From assembly GCA_963749495.1 (NCBI GenBank), contig CAVVMW010000023.1, forward strand, positions 352,001 through 416,000: a DNA stretch of 64,000 bases, in the 5' to 3' direction. This DNA comes from an uncultured bacterium (GTDB lineage: Bacteria > Verrucomicrobiota > Verrucomicrobiia > Limisphaerales > UBA8199). The notes under the pieces were generated by a model, which saw nothing but the letters and a program-made list of their open reading frames with translations, was not told where the DNA came from and did not search any database. Both the position numbers and the translations under genes were made by a program. Shown in pieces: positions 20,563 through 30,671 of the stretch (the first letter of the stretch is position 1; each line of letters opens with the position of its first letter).

Positions 20563-21339
20563 TCAGGTCATCCTTACCGGTATGCCCTTCCCCGCCAGAA
20601 ACCGCTTCACCTCCCCCACTGTGAATTCCCCATAGTGGAAGATGCTCGCCGCCAGCACGGCATCGGCCTTGCCCTCGAGCAGCACCTGGGCCATGTGCTC
20701 CAGAGTGCCCGCCCCGCCGCTGGCCACGACGGGCACGCCGACCGCTTCGCTGACGCGCCGGGTGATGACCAGGTCGAAGCCCGCCTTGGTGCCGTCGGCA
20801 TCGATGCTGTTGAGCACGATCTCGCCGGCGCCCAGGGAGACAGCGCGCCTGGCCCATTGGACCGCCTCGAGGCCCGTGGGTTTGCGGCCGCCATGGGAAA
20901 AGACCTCCCAGCGGTCCGGGGCGGCTCTCTTCGCATCAATGGAGACGACAATACACTGGCTGCCGAATTTTTCGGCCCCGGCGCGGATGAGGTCCGGGTT
21001 GGCCAGGGCGGAGGAGTTGATGCTGATCTTATCGGCGCCGGCGCGGAGCATCGTGTAGATGTCCTCAACCGAGCGGAGGCCGCCGCCGACCGTCAGCGGC
21101 ATGAAGCACTGGTCGGCCGCCCGCTCGATGACGTCCACCATAGTGGCGCGGCCATGCGCGCTGGCGGTGATGTCGAAGAAGACCATCTCGTCGGCGCCCT
21201 GCTCGTTGTAGCGCATGGCCAATTGGACCGGGTCGCCCACATTGCGCAATTCACCGGCCTCGGCCTTTCCGAACCGGACGCCGCGCGTGACCTGGCCCGC
21301 GTGAACGTCCAGGCACGGGATGACACGCTTTGCTATCAT
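20563..21339 (-). CDS. hisF: Imidazole glycerol phosphate synthase subunit HisF
   Basis: [34 protein letters not shown] and ASGGAG motifs. Confidence 0.97.
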   Translation of the reverse strand: MIAKRVIPCLDVHAGQVTRGVRFGKAEAGELRNVGDPVQLAMRYNEQGADEMVFFDITASAHGRATMVDVIERAADQCFMPLTVGGGLRSVEDIYTMLRAGADKISINSSALANPDLIRAGAEKFGSQCIVVSIDAKRAAPDRWEVFSHGGRKPTGLEAVQWARRAVSLGAGEIVLNSIDADGTKAGFDLVITRRVSEAVGVPVVASGGAGTLEHMAQVLLEGKADAVLAASIFHYGEFTVGEVKRFLAGKGIPVRMT

Positions 21340-21377
21340 GGAGGAATATTGAACCGATTCGTCCCCAGGCAAGCCGC

Positions 21378-22163
21378 TCAGTTCATTTTGATGCTGGTCC
21401 GCTGGCGCAGCCACAGATAATCATCGGGGGGCGAGGGGACAAAACCGCCGCCGGCGCCGCCCTGGACTGGGGGGCGCACGGTGTTGGCCAGCCAGCGATG
21501 CCGCTCGAGGTGGCCGTCGGCCCACGAGATGTTGGCCGCCGCGTTGTGATAGGAGGCCGGCAGGTTGCCCCACTTGACCGTGTCCCAGGTGTTCATGAAA
21601 TAGCCGTCGTTAATCGTGTCCGGGTGTTCCTCGATGAAGACGTAGAAGAGGGCCGGGCGCGGGAAGTCCGAGGCCTTGAGGAACTGGAGCCAGTTGGGAT
21701 TGAAGCGGTTGGGCTTGATGAGGGGATCGCCCACCAGGGAGTTCATCGAGATGCTGCGCAGGCGCGGCCCGTTTTGGGCGCAGGCGGTGTCCGACGGGCA
21801 CTTATAGACGCCCAGGTTGTTGTTCACATAGCGGGCGAGCTTGCCGCTGAGGATAAAGGCCGGGTTGGTGTTCTCGACGCTGGTTCCCCAGTCCTCGATA
21901 TTGTTGACCCAACTGAGCCGGTAGGCGCGGGTGTCCACCGTGCTCGAGTTGTTGACCAGCGCATCGGCATTGTCATCGGCATAGACCGCCCAGGCCACGG
22001 CCAGTTGGCGCACGTTGCTGGCGCAGGAAGCGGCCCGCGCGGCGGCCTTGGCCCGCGACAGGGCGGGCAGCAGCATCGCCGCCAGGATGGCGATGATGGC
22101 AATGACCACCAGCAGTTCGATCAAGGTGAAGCCTCCGCTGCGGCGGCTCGGGGTGGTTTTCAT
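21378..22163 (-). CDS. Prepilin-type N-terminal cleavage / H-X9-DG domain protein
   Basis: [26 protein letters not shown]-terminal [13 protein letters not shown]. Confidence 0.9.
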   Translation of the reverse strand: MKTTPSRRSGGFTLIELLVVIAIIAILAAMLLPALSRAKAAARAASCASNVRQLAVAWAVYADDNADALVNNSSTVDTRAYRLSWVNNIEDWGTSVENTNPAFILSGKLARYVNNNLGVYKCPSDTACAQNGPRLRSISMNSLVGDPLIKPNRFNPNWLQFLKASDFPRPALFYVFIEEHPDTINDGYFMNTWDTVKWGNLPASYHNAAANISWADGHLERHRWLANTVRPPVQGGAGGGFVPSPPDDYLWLRQRTSIKMN

Positions 22164-22280
22164 TGCTTTCGGGCCATTTTCCAACGTGACTGCGCGAGGC
22201 CAGTATCACGGCAGGCGGCGCCCAAAGTCAAGCGATGGGAGGGGTGCGATTAAAACTCTCGGTCAGCCCAAGGCGCCTTT

Positions 22281-22472
22281 TTGCCCCGAAGGGGCTTCCG
22301 ACAATAGCCCGGCGTTTCAACGCCGGGTGAGCGGGCCCAAGGAGCAGTTCCGTCCCGAAGGGACGGCTGAAAGCAAGGAACGTACTCAGTCGTCCCTTCG
22401 GGACGAGGGTCCCTTTTGTGGCCTCCCCGGCCTTGAAACGCCGGGCTATTCTCAAATGTCCCTCCGGGACAA
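22281..22472. repeat. Long palindromic REP-like element, family A
   Basis: Similar to 15019-15213; between divergent genes. Confidence 0.85.
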
Positions 22473-22593
22473 GACCCCCGAAGGCGCATGCCCGTGGCTT
22501 TCAATCGCCCCCCGATGGGAGTGTGTGCTTGCGCTCCGCCGCGCGGGCGCGTAATAGTGCGCGAGAACAGAACAGAACAACACAAACAGGCAT

Positions 22594-23472
22594 ATGCGTT
22601 CCAAATCGTTTCTCTTCCCCGGTCTCTGTGTGGTCGTTGCCGCTCTGGCGGCAGGCCCGCTTCGCGCCGAAACCAAGATCCCTGACTCGTGCAGCGTGGG
22701 CGGGTTCTTCATCGGCTGCCAGGCCTACACCTTCAATCAGTTTACCCTCTTCGAGGCCATCGAGAAGACCGCGCTGGCGGGCGGCACTATCATCGAGTTC
22801 TATCCCGGCCAGAAGCTCAGCCAGCAAGAGCCGGGTGTGGTTTGGGACCACAACGCCTCTGCCGAGACGATTCAGAAGGTCAAGGCCAAGCTGGCCCAGC
22901 ACAAGATCACGGCGGTCAATTACGGCGTGGTGGACGTGCCCCGGGACGAGGCGCAGGCGCGCAAACTCTTCGAGTTCGCCAAGGAGATGGGCCTTCGCGC
23001 CATCACGACCGAATCGGTCGGCGCCATCGACACGATCGAGAAGATGGTCAAGGAATACGACATCTTCGTCGGGTTCCACGACCACCCCAAGGATCCCGGC
23101 AACTCCAATTACCGCATGTGGGACCCCAATTACGTCTTGTCCGTGGTCAAGGACCGCGACTCGCGCATCGGCTCCTGCGCCGATACGGGCCACTGGCTCC
23201 GCTCCAACCTCAACCCGCTCGACTGCCTGCGCATCCTCAAGGGCCGCATCATCAGCAGCCACCTCAAGGACCTCAATCAAATGGGCCCCGACGCCCATGA
23301 CGTGCCTTATGGCACCGGGGTCGCGGACATCCCCGCTCTGCTGGACGAACTGAAGACCCAGGGCTTTTCCGGCAACCTCTCCATCGAATATGAATACAAT
23401 GAGCAGAACTCGACCCCGGAAGTGGCCCAGTGCATCGGCTTTGTGCGCGGCTACGCGGCGGGCAAGAAGTAA
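22594..23472 (+). CDS. Sugar phosphate isomerase/epimerase (TIM barrel), secreted
   Basis: CQAYTF, DTGHW, HLKD and SIEYE motifs. Confidence 0.85.
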   Translation: MRSKSFLFPGLCVVVAALAAGPLRAETKIPDSCSVGGFFIGCQAYTFNQFTLFEAIEKTALAGGTIIEFYPGQKLSQQEPGVVWDHNASAETIQKVKAKLAQHKITAVNYGVVDVPRDEAQARKLFEFAKEMGLRAITTESVGAIDTIEKMVKEYDIFVGFHDHPKDPGNSNYRMWDPNYVLSVVKDRDSRIGSCADTGHWLRSNLNPLDCLRILKGRIISSHLKDLNQMGPDAHDVPYGTGVADIPALLDELKTQGFSGNLSIEYEYNEQNSTPEVAQCIGFVRGYAAGKK

Positions 23473-23519
23473 AGGGGCGCCAGCGTAATCGGTCAGGCAG
23501 AGACGGAGTGCCGGGCGGA

Positions 23520-23665
23520 CCCCTCACCCCGGCCCTCTCCCCATCGGATGGGGAGAGGGAGAAGCGTCGGCGGTTTCGGGAGCTTGCGGGCGTCTGCACT
23601 TTGTCAACGCGCCACCGAAAACTCTCCCTCTCCCCTTCCGAAGGGGAGAGGGCCGGGGTGAGGGG
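23520..23665. repeat. Inverted REP pair (CCCTCACCCCGGCCCTCTCCC type)
   Basis: CCCTCACCCCGGCCCTCTCCCC...GGGGAGAGGGCCGGGGTGAGGGG between convergent genes. Confidence 0.9.
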
Positions 23666-23715
23666 TCTGCCCCCGTGACGCTCCCATTTTCATTGAGGCC
23701 CGACGCGCTGGCGCT

Positions 23716-24414
23716 CTACAGTGATTGAAAGGCCCTGTGCCAGCGGGGCCGCCAATAGTGGCTGCGGTCGAAGGACAGGACCACCGAGGCGGCGCGGCCC
23801 ACGATGCGCTTGCGCTCGACGGGGCCGAAGTAGCGGGAATCGAAGCTGTTGTCGCGGTTGTCCCCCATCATGAAGTAATGCCCCTCGGGAACACGAACTG
23901 GTCCGAAATCGCGGCGGGCCTGCACGGAGGGGATGGCGGCCACGGCGTGGGGCCGGCCGGGGAGTTGCTCGGCGGCAAAGACCTGCCTGGCCCGTTCCTG
24001 CGGCGCCAGGTCCTGCAGCCGGTCCGGGTCCAGGACCGAATAGTCAACCGCCTGGCCATTGAGGACCAGCCGGTTGCCGCGCAACTCGATGGTGTCGCCG
24101 GGCAGCCCGATGACGCGCTTGACCAGGCGCTGGCCGTCGTAGGGGGAGAAGAAAACGACAACGTCGCCGCGCCTGGGCTGGCTCCACTCGGCCAGGTGCC
24201 AGGTGGTGAAGGGCACTTTGAGGTCGTAGGCCAGTTTGTTGACGTAGATGCGATCGCCTTCGAAAATGGTCGGTTTCATCGAGCCGCTGGGCACGTCGTT
24301 CCAGTCCGCCAACGAAGAGCGGATCGAGAAAATGACCAGGCCCAGGACGATCAGCGGACGGATCTCCTTGCGCCACCAGCGGCGGGCACAGGAGAAGAGG
24401 GCTGCGCTACTCAT
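23716..24414 (-). CDS. lepB: Signal peptidase I
   Basis: VPSGSMKPT, LVKRVIGLPGD and GDNRDNSFDSRYFG motifs. Confidence 0.95.
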   Translation of the reverse strand: MSSAALFSCARRWWRKEIRPLIVLGLVIFSIRSSLADWNDVPSGSMKPTIFEGDRIYVNKLAYDLKVPFTTWHLAEWSQPRRGDVVVFFSPYDGQRLVKRVIGLPGDTIELRGNRLVLNGQAVDYSVLDPDRLQDLAPQERARQVFAAEQLPGRPHAVAAIPSVQARRDFGPVRVPEGHYFMMGDNRDNSFDSRYFGPVERKRIVGRAASVVLSFDRSHYWRPRWHRAFQSL

Positions 24415-24419
24415 CACAT

Positions 24420-25919
24420 TCACCCCTCTGCCAGGGCATGCTTGACCTTCAGGAGCAGGTCCTGGCTGGTGTAGGGCTTCTGCAGGTAAACCCCGGTGTT
24501 GGTCTGGCTGGCGGGCCACACGTAACCGCTGGTGCACAGCACGTGCGTCGGGGGCGAGAGCCGGTGGATGTGCTCGACCAGTTCGCGGCCGCTCATGGCC
24601 GGCATGACAAGGTCGGTGATGACCAGGTCCACCGCCGCGCCGCCCCGGGACAGGATGTCCAGGGCCTTCTGGCCGCTGTTGGCCGTCAGCACCCGGTAGC
24701 CATAGGCCGAAAGGATTGTCTTGCCCATCGTCAACAGCAGGTCCTCATCGTCCACAATCAGGATGGTCTGGCGCCCCGTGAGGTCGCTGGCCGTGAAGCC
24801 GTCGTCTCTGACAATCCCCTTCTCGGCGGGCAGATAGACCCGGACCGAGGTCCCTGCGCCCGGCTGGCTGGAGACCGCCACACCCCCGCCGTGATTGGTC
24901 ACGATGCCATACACCCATGCCAGGCCCAGCCCGCGATGGGTGCCGCGTTTGGTCGTGAAAAACGGCTCGAAGATTCGCGGCATCACCTCCGGTTCAATCC
25001 CGCAACCGTTGTCGCTGATCTCGACGCACACATAGGCGCCCGCCGCCAGGCGCGCATTGCGGTCCTGGGTCGGCTCGGTCAACTCGATGTTGCGCGTCTG
25101 CACGGTCACGCGTCCGTTGCCCCGCAGGGCCTGGACGGCATTTTCCAAGAGTTTCACCAGGGCCTGCTGCATCTTGGCCTCGTCGAATTTGGCGGCAAAG
25201 AGCTTGCGCTCCAACTGGAGCTGCCAGGCCGTTTTTTCCAGGGCGGTGTCCCGCTGGAAGACCTCGACGCAGCGCTGCAGCAGCAGGTTGAGGTTGCCCG
25301 CGGCCTGGGAGCGCACCTCCTTGTCCTGGCGGCTGAACGCGCCGAGGTCGCTGGCGATTTCGGCCGCCTTGGCGGCGGACTTCTCGACCTCCAGCAGCGA
25401 GGTGCGCCAGGGGTGATCCGGTTCCATCTTGCTCAGCACCAGAGACGTATGGCCCAGGATGCTGGTCAGGGCGTTGTTGAAGTCCAGGGCCACGGTGCGC
25501 GCCAACTGCAGCGCGCAATCCAGCTTCTGCTTGTGCGCCAGGTTGGCCTCGCTGCTGACAGAGCGGGCCTCGACCCGCGCCGCCGCAGCCTCCGGCAGCA
25601 ACTGCAGCACCCAATACCTTTGGGCCTCCTGCTTGGCCTCGCTCACCAGGGTCGCGGACGGGACCACCTGGCCTCCTTTGCCACGGAACCTCAGGCCCAC
25701 AACCGGCGCCGGCGCTTGCTCCCATGCCGAGAGAAACTCCTGGGCCGTGCTGGTGTTCTCCGGGGACCAAATCGCCGAAAGCACAGGGTGCTTGCCCTCC
25801 AGCAGAGGGCCAAAGAGCCTCAGGGCCGCAGCATTGGCGCGGCAAACCGCGCCCGCGCGATCCACCAGCAACACTGGCCAGCTCGCATCCTCAAACCCAA
25901 AAACGACTTCCGGCTTCAT
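24420..25919 (-). CDS. Hybrid PAS-HisKA-HATPase-receiver protein lacking the H-box His
   Basis: VALDFNNALT H-box; ENA, DNGCGI, FEPFFTTK, GLGL; receiver LVITD. Confidence 0.9.
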   Translation of the reverse strand: MKPEVVFGFEDASWPVLLVDRAGAVCRANAAALRLFGPLLEGKHPVLSAIWSPENTSTAQEFLSAWEQAPAPVVGLRFRGKGGQVVPSATLVSEAKQEAQRYWVLQLLPEAAAARVEARSVSSEANLAHKQKLDCALQLARTVALDFNNALTSILGHTSLVLSKMEPDHPWRTSLLEVEKSAAKAAEIASDLGAFSRQDKEVRSQAAGNLNLLLQRCVEVFQRDTALEKTAWQLQLERKLFAAKFDEAKMQQALVKLLENAVQALRGNGRVTVQTRNIELTEPTQDRNARLAAGAYVCVEISDNGCGIEPEVMPRIFEPFFTTKRGTHRGLGLAWVYGIVTNHGGGVAVSSQPGAGTSVRVYLPAEKGIVRDDGFTASDLTGRQTILIVDDEDLLLTMGKTILSAYGYRVLTANSGQKALDILSRGGAAVDLVITDLVMPAMSGRELVEHIHRLSPPTHVLCTSGYVWPASQTNTGVYLQKPYTSQDLLLKVKHALAEG

Positions 25920-25993
25920 CGAAAAGAAACACCGTGCAGCCCCGAGCTTACGCTACTCCTTTCCCATTTCCAATCCCCATTTCCGAATGCGGT

Positions 25994-26830
25994 TCACGGC
26001 TCATACGCCCTCGCAAAGGCCTCGATCAGGCTCGCCGCCGGGACCTTGACCCGCTCGGCCGTGGCCAGGACCTCGTCATGGGAGAGCGGTTGCGGGTTGC
26101 GCCCCGCCGCCAGGTTGGTGATGCAGGAGAGAGCGGCGACCCGCATGCCGCACTGGCGGGCCACGACCGCCTCCGGCACCGTGCTCATCCCGACTGCGTC
26201 GGCCCCGAGCCGGGCGAAGGCGCGTATCTCGGCGGGCGTTTCGTAGCTGGGTCCGCACAGGGCCAGATAGACCCCCGAGTGGAGTTTCAGACCGCACTTG
26301 CGCCCTGCCTGGAGCAACCGGGCGCGCAGCCCAGGGTCATAGACGCACGTCAGGTCCACGAACGCTCCCGCCGCGCCGCCGGGCGGCAGCCCGCACGAGT
26401 CGGGCCGCAGCGGGTTGACTCCCATCAGGTTGATATGGTCGGAGAGCACCATGAAATCCCCGGGGCGGAAGCGCCGGTTGATGCCCCCGGCTGCATTGGT
26501 GAGGAGGAGATCGCGGATGCCGCTCGAGGCCAGGGCGCGCACGGCAAAGGTCACCGCCGCCATCGAGTGGCCTTCGTAAAAATGCGCCCGCCCGCTGAGC
26601 ACTATCACCGGCGTGCCCGCCAGCCGGCCGATCAGCAGTCTGCCGGCGTGCCCGCTCACCCCCGCCGGCGCAAACCCCGGCAGTTCACGCTGTGCAATCT
26701 CAGCCTCGACCGCCATCCTGTCCGCGGCGTGCTGGAAGCCGCTGCCCAGCACGATTGCCAGCGTCGGACGAAGGCCCGAGAGCCTCTCGAGCCTGGCCGC
26801 AGCTTTTTGTGTGTCGGACGATTGTTTCAT
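25994..26830 (-). CDS. punA: Purine nucleoside phosphorylase
   Basis: IVLGSG, GRAHFYEG, TNAAGG, GPSYETPAE and AVGMSTVPE motifs. Confidence 0.92.
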   Translation of the reverse strand: MKQSSDTQKAAARLERLSGLRPTLAIVLGSGFQHAADRMAVEAEIAQRELPGFAPAGVSGHAGRLLIGRLAGTPVIVLSGRAHFYEGHSMAAVTFAVRALASSGIRDLLLTNAAGGINRRFRPGDFMVLSDHINLMGVNPLRPDSCGLPPGGAAGAFVDLTCVYDPGLRARLLQAGRKCGLKLHSGVYLALCGPSYETPAEIRAFARLGADAVGMSTVPEAVVARQCGMRVAALSCITNLAAGRNPQPLSHDEVLATAERVKVPAASLIEAFARAYEP

Positions 26831-26941
26831 GCCGCGTTCCGCATTGCCTGGCCCGGCGGAACGACTTATCCTGTGATGGCTCCGGTCCGGGCCGATGCTC
26901 AGAAATGCCCCGCTCGAACGCGCGCCAGACTCAAATCGATT

Positions 26942-28110
26942 ATGGAATTGACCAATGACGAACTCCGCCGTTACTCGCGTCACCTCATCCTGCCCGAAGT
27001 CGGGCTGGAGGGGCAGAAGAAAATTCGCTCGACCAGCGTGCTCTGCATCGGGGTCGGCGGGCTCGGTTCGCCCGTGGCCCTTTACCTTGCGGCGGCGGGC
27101 ATCGGCAAGCTCGGCCTGGTGGATTTCGATACGGTGGACCTTTCCAACCTCCAGCGCCAGGTCATCCACGGCACCGGCGACATCGGCCGGCCCAAGACCG
27201 ACTCGGCCCGGGACGCCCTCCAGCGGCTCAACCCGCACGTCGAGGTGGGCCTGCACCACGCCCGCCTGACGCGCGAGAATGCCCTCGACCTGATTGGGCC
27301 CTACGACATCGTCGTGGATGGCACCGACAATTTCCCCACACGCTACCTGACCAACGATGCCTGCGTGCTCCTGGGCAAGCCCAATGTCTATGGCTCGATC
27401 TTCCGTTTCGAGGGCCAGGCCAGCGTGTTCGCCCCGCGCCTGGGCGGCCCCTGCTATCGCTGCATCTTCCCCGAACCCCCGCCCCCGGGCCTGGTTCCCA
27501 GTTGCGCCGAGGGCGGCGTGCTGGGCGTCCTGCCCGGCATTATCGGCCTCATCCAGGCCACCGAGACCCTCAAGCTGGCCCTGGGCCAGGGCCTCTCGCT
27601 GGTCGGCCGCCTCCTGCTCTTCAACGCCCTCGACCTCAAATTCCGCGAACTCAAACTGCGGCGCGACCCAAAGTGCCCGCTCTGCGGCGAGCACCCATCC
27701 ATCACGCAGTTGGCGGACTACCAGGCCCTTTGCGGCCTTGCTCCATCCCCGGATCGGGCCTCCGGGTCTCAGCCCCCGGCATCAGACCCCGACGAGGCCA
27801 CCGTCCAGCAGCTCAAGCGCGCTCTCGATCAGCCCCAGCCCGGCATCGAACTCATCGATGTGCGCGAGCCCGACGAACACCAGATCGCCTGCATCCCAGG
27901 CGCCCGTCTCCTGCCCCTGAGCCAACTCGCCCGCCGGTTCACCGAGCTCGGACCCCAACCGCCTCTACTATCTCCATTGCCACCACGGCGGCCGCTCCCT
28001 GCGCGCCCTCCAGTTCCTCCGCCAGCAGGGCTTCAAACACCTCAAGAACGTCCGCGGCGGCATCGATGCCTGGTCCAGCCAAATCGACCCGACCGTCCCC
28101 AGGGTACTGA
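26942..28110 (+). CDS. moeB: MoeB/MoeZ adenylyltransferase with rhodanese domain (apparent frameshifts near 27950 and 28103)
   Basis: RYSRHLILPEVG, GVGGLGSP, SNLQRQ and PCYRC motifs; rhodanese HCHHGGRS...GGIDAWS in the shifted frame. Confidence 0.9.
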
Positions 28111-28130
28111 ACAGGATGGGAGTGCGCCCC

Positions 28131-28332
28131 AGGGCCGAAGGCCCGCCATGTGATAGCCCGGGCTGGAGCGAAGCGGAGGCCCGGGTAAGCAGCGCCCCTC
28201 GAAAAGCCCCGGCCTGTAGGGCCGGCACCTTATGGCGCCCCTGCAGGGCGCGCCAGATTCCGGCCCGATGACCTGGGCCTCCGTTCGCAAGCTCGCTCCA
28301 GCCCAGGCTTTCACATTGCGGGCTTTCAGCCC
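28131..28332. repeat. Long palindromic REP-like element
   Basis: AGGGCCGAAGGCCCG...GCGGGCTTTCAGCCC inverted termini. Confidence 0.7.
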
Positions 28333-28431
28333 GGGGACGAGCGCACTCCGCGGTCTGGGTCGGGATGGCCCCGCCCCCCCCGGCTCACTTTGCGCTTTTT
28401 TCCCGGGCCGGCTTGAGACTAAGCTGCGTCC

Positions 28432-29307
28432 ATGCAGGACCTGATTGCCAAGGCCGCCATGCTGCTGGAGGCCTTGCCTTACATTCAGAAATTCAGCGGC
28501 GCTACCTTCGTCATCAAGTATGGCGGCAGTTTCATGGACTCGCCCGACCCGGCCGTCCGCAATGGGGTCGCGCGCAACCTGGTCTTCCTGGAGGCGGTCG
28601 AGATAAACCCGGTGGTCGTGCACGGCGGCGGCAAGGCCATCACCCGCGCCATGGACAAGGCGGGCCTCAAGTCGCGATTTGTCCAGGGCCAGCGTGTGAC
28701 CGACGAGGCCGCCGCGCGCATTGCCGACGAGGTGCTCTGGTGCGAGATCAATCCCGAGGTCGTGGCGGCTATCCGCTCATTTGGGGGCCAGGCCAAGGGG
28801 TTTGCCGGCCCGGACATCTTCACCTGCCGCAAGGCCCGGGTCTGCGGGCCGGACGGGCGGCCGGTGGACCTGGGGTTTGTCGGCGAGGTCGTGGCCGTGA
28901 ACACCGCCCCGCTGCTGCAGTGCCTCAACCAGGGCATCACCCCGGTCATCAGCCCCACCGCCCGCAGCCAGGATGGCAAGCTCTACAATTGCAACGCGGA
29001 CGTGGCCGCCGCCCAGGCCGCCATCGCCCTCAAAGCCAAGCGCCTGGTTTTCATGAGCGACGTGCCCGGCCTCCTGGCGCACCCCAGCGAGACCGACTCG
29101 CTTATTTCGCACCTGAAGGTCAGCGAGGTCGGCAGGCTCAAACAGGCCGGCATCATCGAACAGGGCATGATCCCCAAGACCGACAGCGCCGTCGCCGCCC
29201 TCCAGGCTGGCGTCGAAAAGGTCTCCTTTGTCGATGGCCGCGTCTCCCATTCCATCCTGCTGGAGATCTTCACCGACGAGGGGTTCGGCACCGAGGTCGT
29301 GCTGTGA
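28432..29307 (+). CDS. argB: Acetylglutamate kinase
   Basis: LEALPYIQKF, VIKYGGS, VVHGGG, NCNAD and GMIPK motifs. Confidence 0.97.
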   Translation: MQDLIAKAAMLLEALPYIQKFSGATFVIKYGGSFMDSPDPAVRNGVARNLVFLEAVEINPVVVHGGGKAITRAMDKAGLKSRFVQGQRVTDEAAARIADEVLWCEINPEVVAAIRSFGGQAKGFAGPDIFTCRKARVCGPDGRPVDLGFVGEVVAVNTAPLLQCLNQGITPVISPTARSQDGKLYNCNADVAAAQAAIALKAKRLVFMSDVPGLLAHPSETDSLISHLKVSEVGRLKQAGIIEQGMIPKTDSAVAALQAGVEKVSFVDGRVSHSILLEIFTDEGFGTEVVL

Positions 29308-29378
29308 ACACTCATCGGCTATTGGCTATCGGCTATCTGCAACCTCAACTGCAATTCCCACTCCATCCTCAACTGCCT

Positions 29379-30515
29379 ATGAATCCCTCAAATACCCGAC
29401 CCACCACTAATCTGCGCACTCCGCACTCATTCGTCATTCGTCATTCGTCATTCGTCATTCCTCTCGCCGCCCTCTGGTGCTGCTCCCTGGCGCTGCACCT
29501 CCCGCTCGCCTCCCGTGCTGCCGGCCAACCCGATTCCGCCGAGTCGCGCGCCGCCTGGCTCAACGCCTGGCGGGCGGGCAACCCGCTCTGGCGGGGCGCC
29601 CATCTCTCCGCCCGCAACGACGGGCAGGCCGAGGCGCTCCGGGCCGAGTTGCCCAAGCTCGGCGCCCTGGGCGTGAACGTCATCGTCCTGGAGGTGGACT
29701 ACAATTTCCAATTCCACTCCCGGCCCGAGATGGCAGCCGCCCAGGGCATCTCCCAGCCGGGCGCCCGGGCCCTGGCCGCCGCCGCCCGCGCCCAGGGCAT
29801 CCGGCTCATCCCGCAGCTCAATTGCCTGGGCCACCAGTCCTGGAGCAGAACCACCGACCGCCTGCTGGTCAAGCACCCCGAGTTCGACGAGACCCCGGGC
29901 CAATTCCCTGACAACCGGGGCATCTATTGCCGGAGTTGGTGCCCCCAGCATCCCGAGGTCAATGCCCTCGTGTTCGACCTCATCGACGAACTCTGCGAGG
30001 CCTTCCAGGCCGATGCCTTCCATGTGGGCATGGACGAGGTCTTCCTCATCGCCTCGGAGCATTGTCCGCGCTGCCGCGGGGGCGACCCGGGCAAGCTTTT
30101 CGCCAAGGCGGTCAATGACCTGCACGCCCATATCGTCGGCGAGCGCAAGCTGGAGATGCTCCTGTGGGGCGATCGCTTGCTCGACTCCAAGGCGCTGGGC
30201 TACTCGGAGTGGGAAGCCGCCCGCAACGGCACCCAGACCGCCATCGATCTCGTCCCCAAGGACATCATTGTCTGCGACTGGCACTACGGCAAGCAGGCCG
30301 CTTATCCCTCGGTGCCCCTGCTCCTGCAAAAGGGCTTTCGCGTCTGGCCCTCGGGCTGGCAGCCGCTCGACGCCACCAAGGCCTTCAGCGCCTACGCCCG
30401 CCAGCAAAAAGACAAAGCCCTCCTGGGCTATCTCTGCACCACCTGGGGCAAGGTCAGAATCCCCGAGACCGCCCAATGGCCGCCCCTGGCCGAGGTCCTG
30501 CCGGAGTGGAAATGA
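29379..30515 (+). CDS. GH20-like glycoside hydrolase
   Basis: IPQLNCLGHQSW, FHVGMDEVF, LWGDRL and DWHY motifs; start uncertain. Confidence 0.75.
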   Translation: MNPSNTRPTTNLRTPHSFVIRHSSFVIPLAALWCCSLALHLPLASRAAGQPDSAESRAAWLNAWRAGNPLWRGAHLSARNDGQAEALRAELPKLGALGVNVIVLEVDYNFQFHSRPEMAAAQGISQPGARALAAAARAQGIRLIPQLNCLGHQSWSRTTDRLLVKHPEFDETPGQFPDNRGIYCRSWCPQHPEVNALVFDLIDELCEAFQADAFHVGMDEVFLIASEHCPRCRGGDPGKLFAKAVNDLHAHIVGERKLEMLLWGDRLLDSKALGYSEWEAARNGTQTAIDLVPKDIIVCDWHYGKQAAYPSVPLLLQKGFRVWPSGWQPLDATKAFSAYARQQKDKALLGYLCTTWGKVRIPETAQWPPLAEVLPEWK

Positions 30516-30519
30516 ACCT

Positions 30520-30660
30520 CAGTCCACAGTCCACAGTCCACAGCCCACGATCCAGATTTCAGATTTCAGATTTCAGATTTCACGTTTCACGTTTCACGTT
30601 TCACGTTTCACGTTTCACGTTTCACGTTTCACGTTTCAAAATTCACGTTTCAGATTTCAG
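30520..30660. repeat. Heptamer tandem-repeat array (AGTCCAC, ATTTCAG, TTTCACG)
   Basis: Directly visible 7-mer tandem runs in the intergenic gap. Confidence 0.95.
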
Positions 30661-30671
30661 ATCACTGAACC

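Noticed and set aside
30520..30660. Possible CRISPR array
   Set aside because: Simple 7-mer tandem runs without unique spacers; no cas genes in the window
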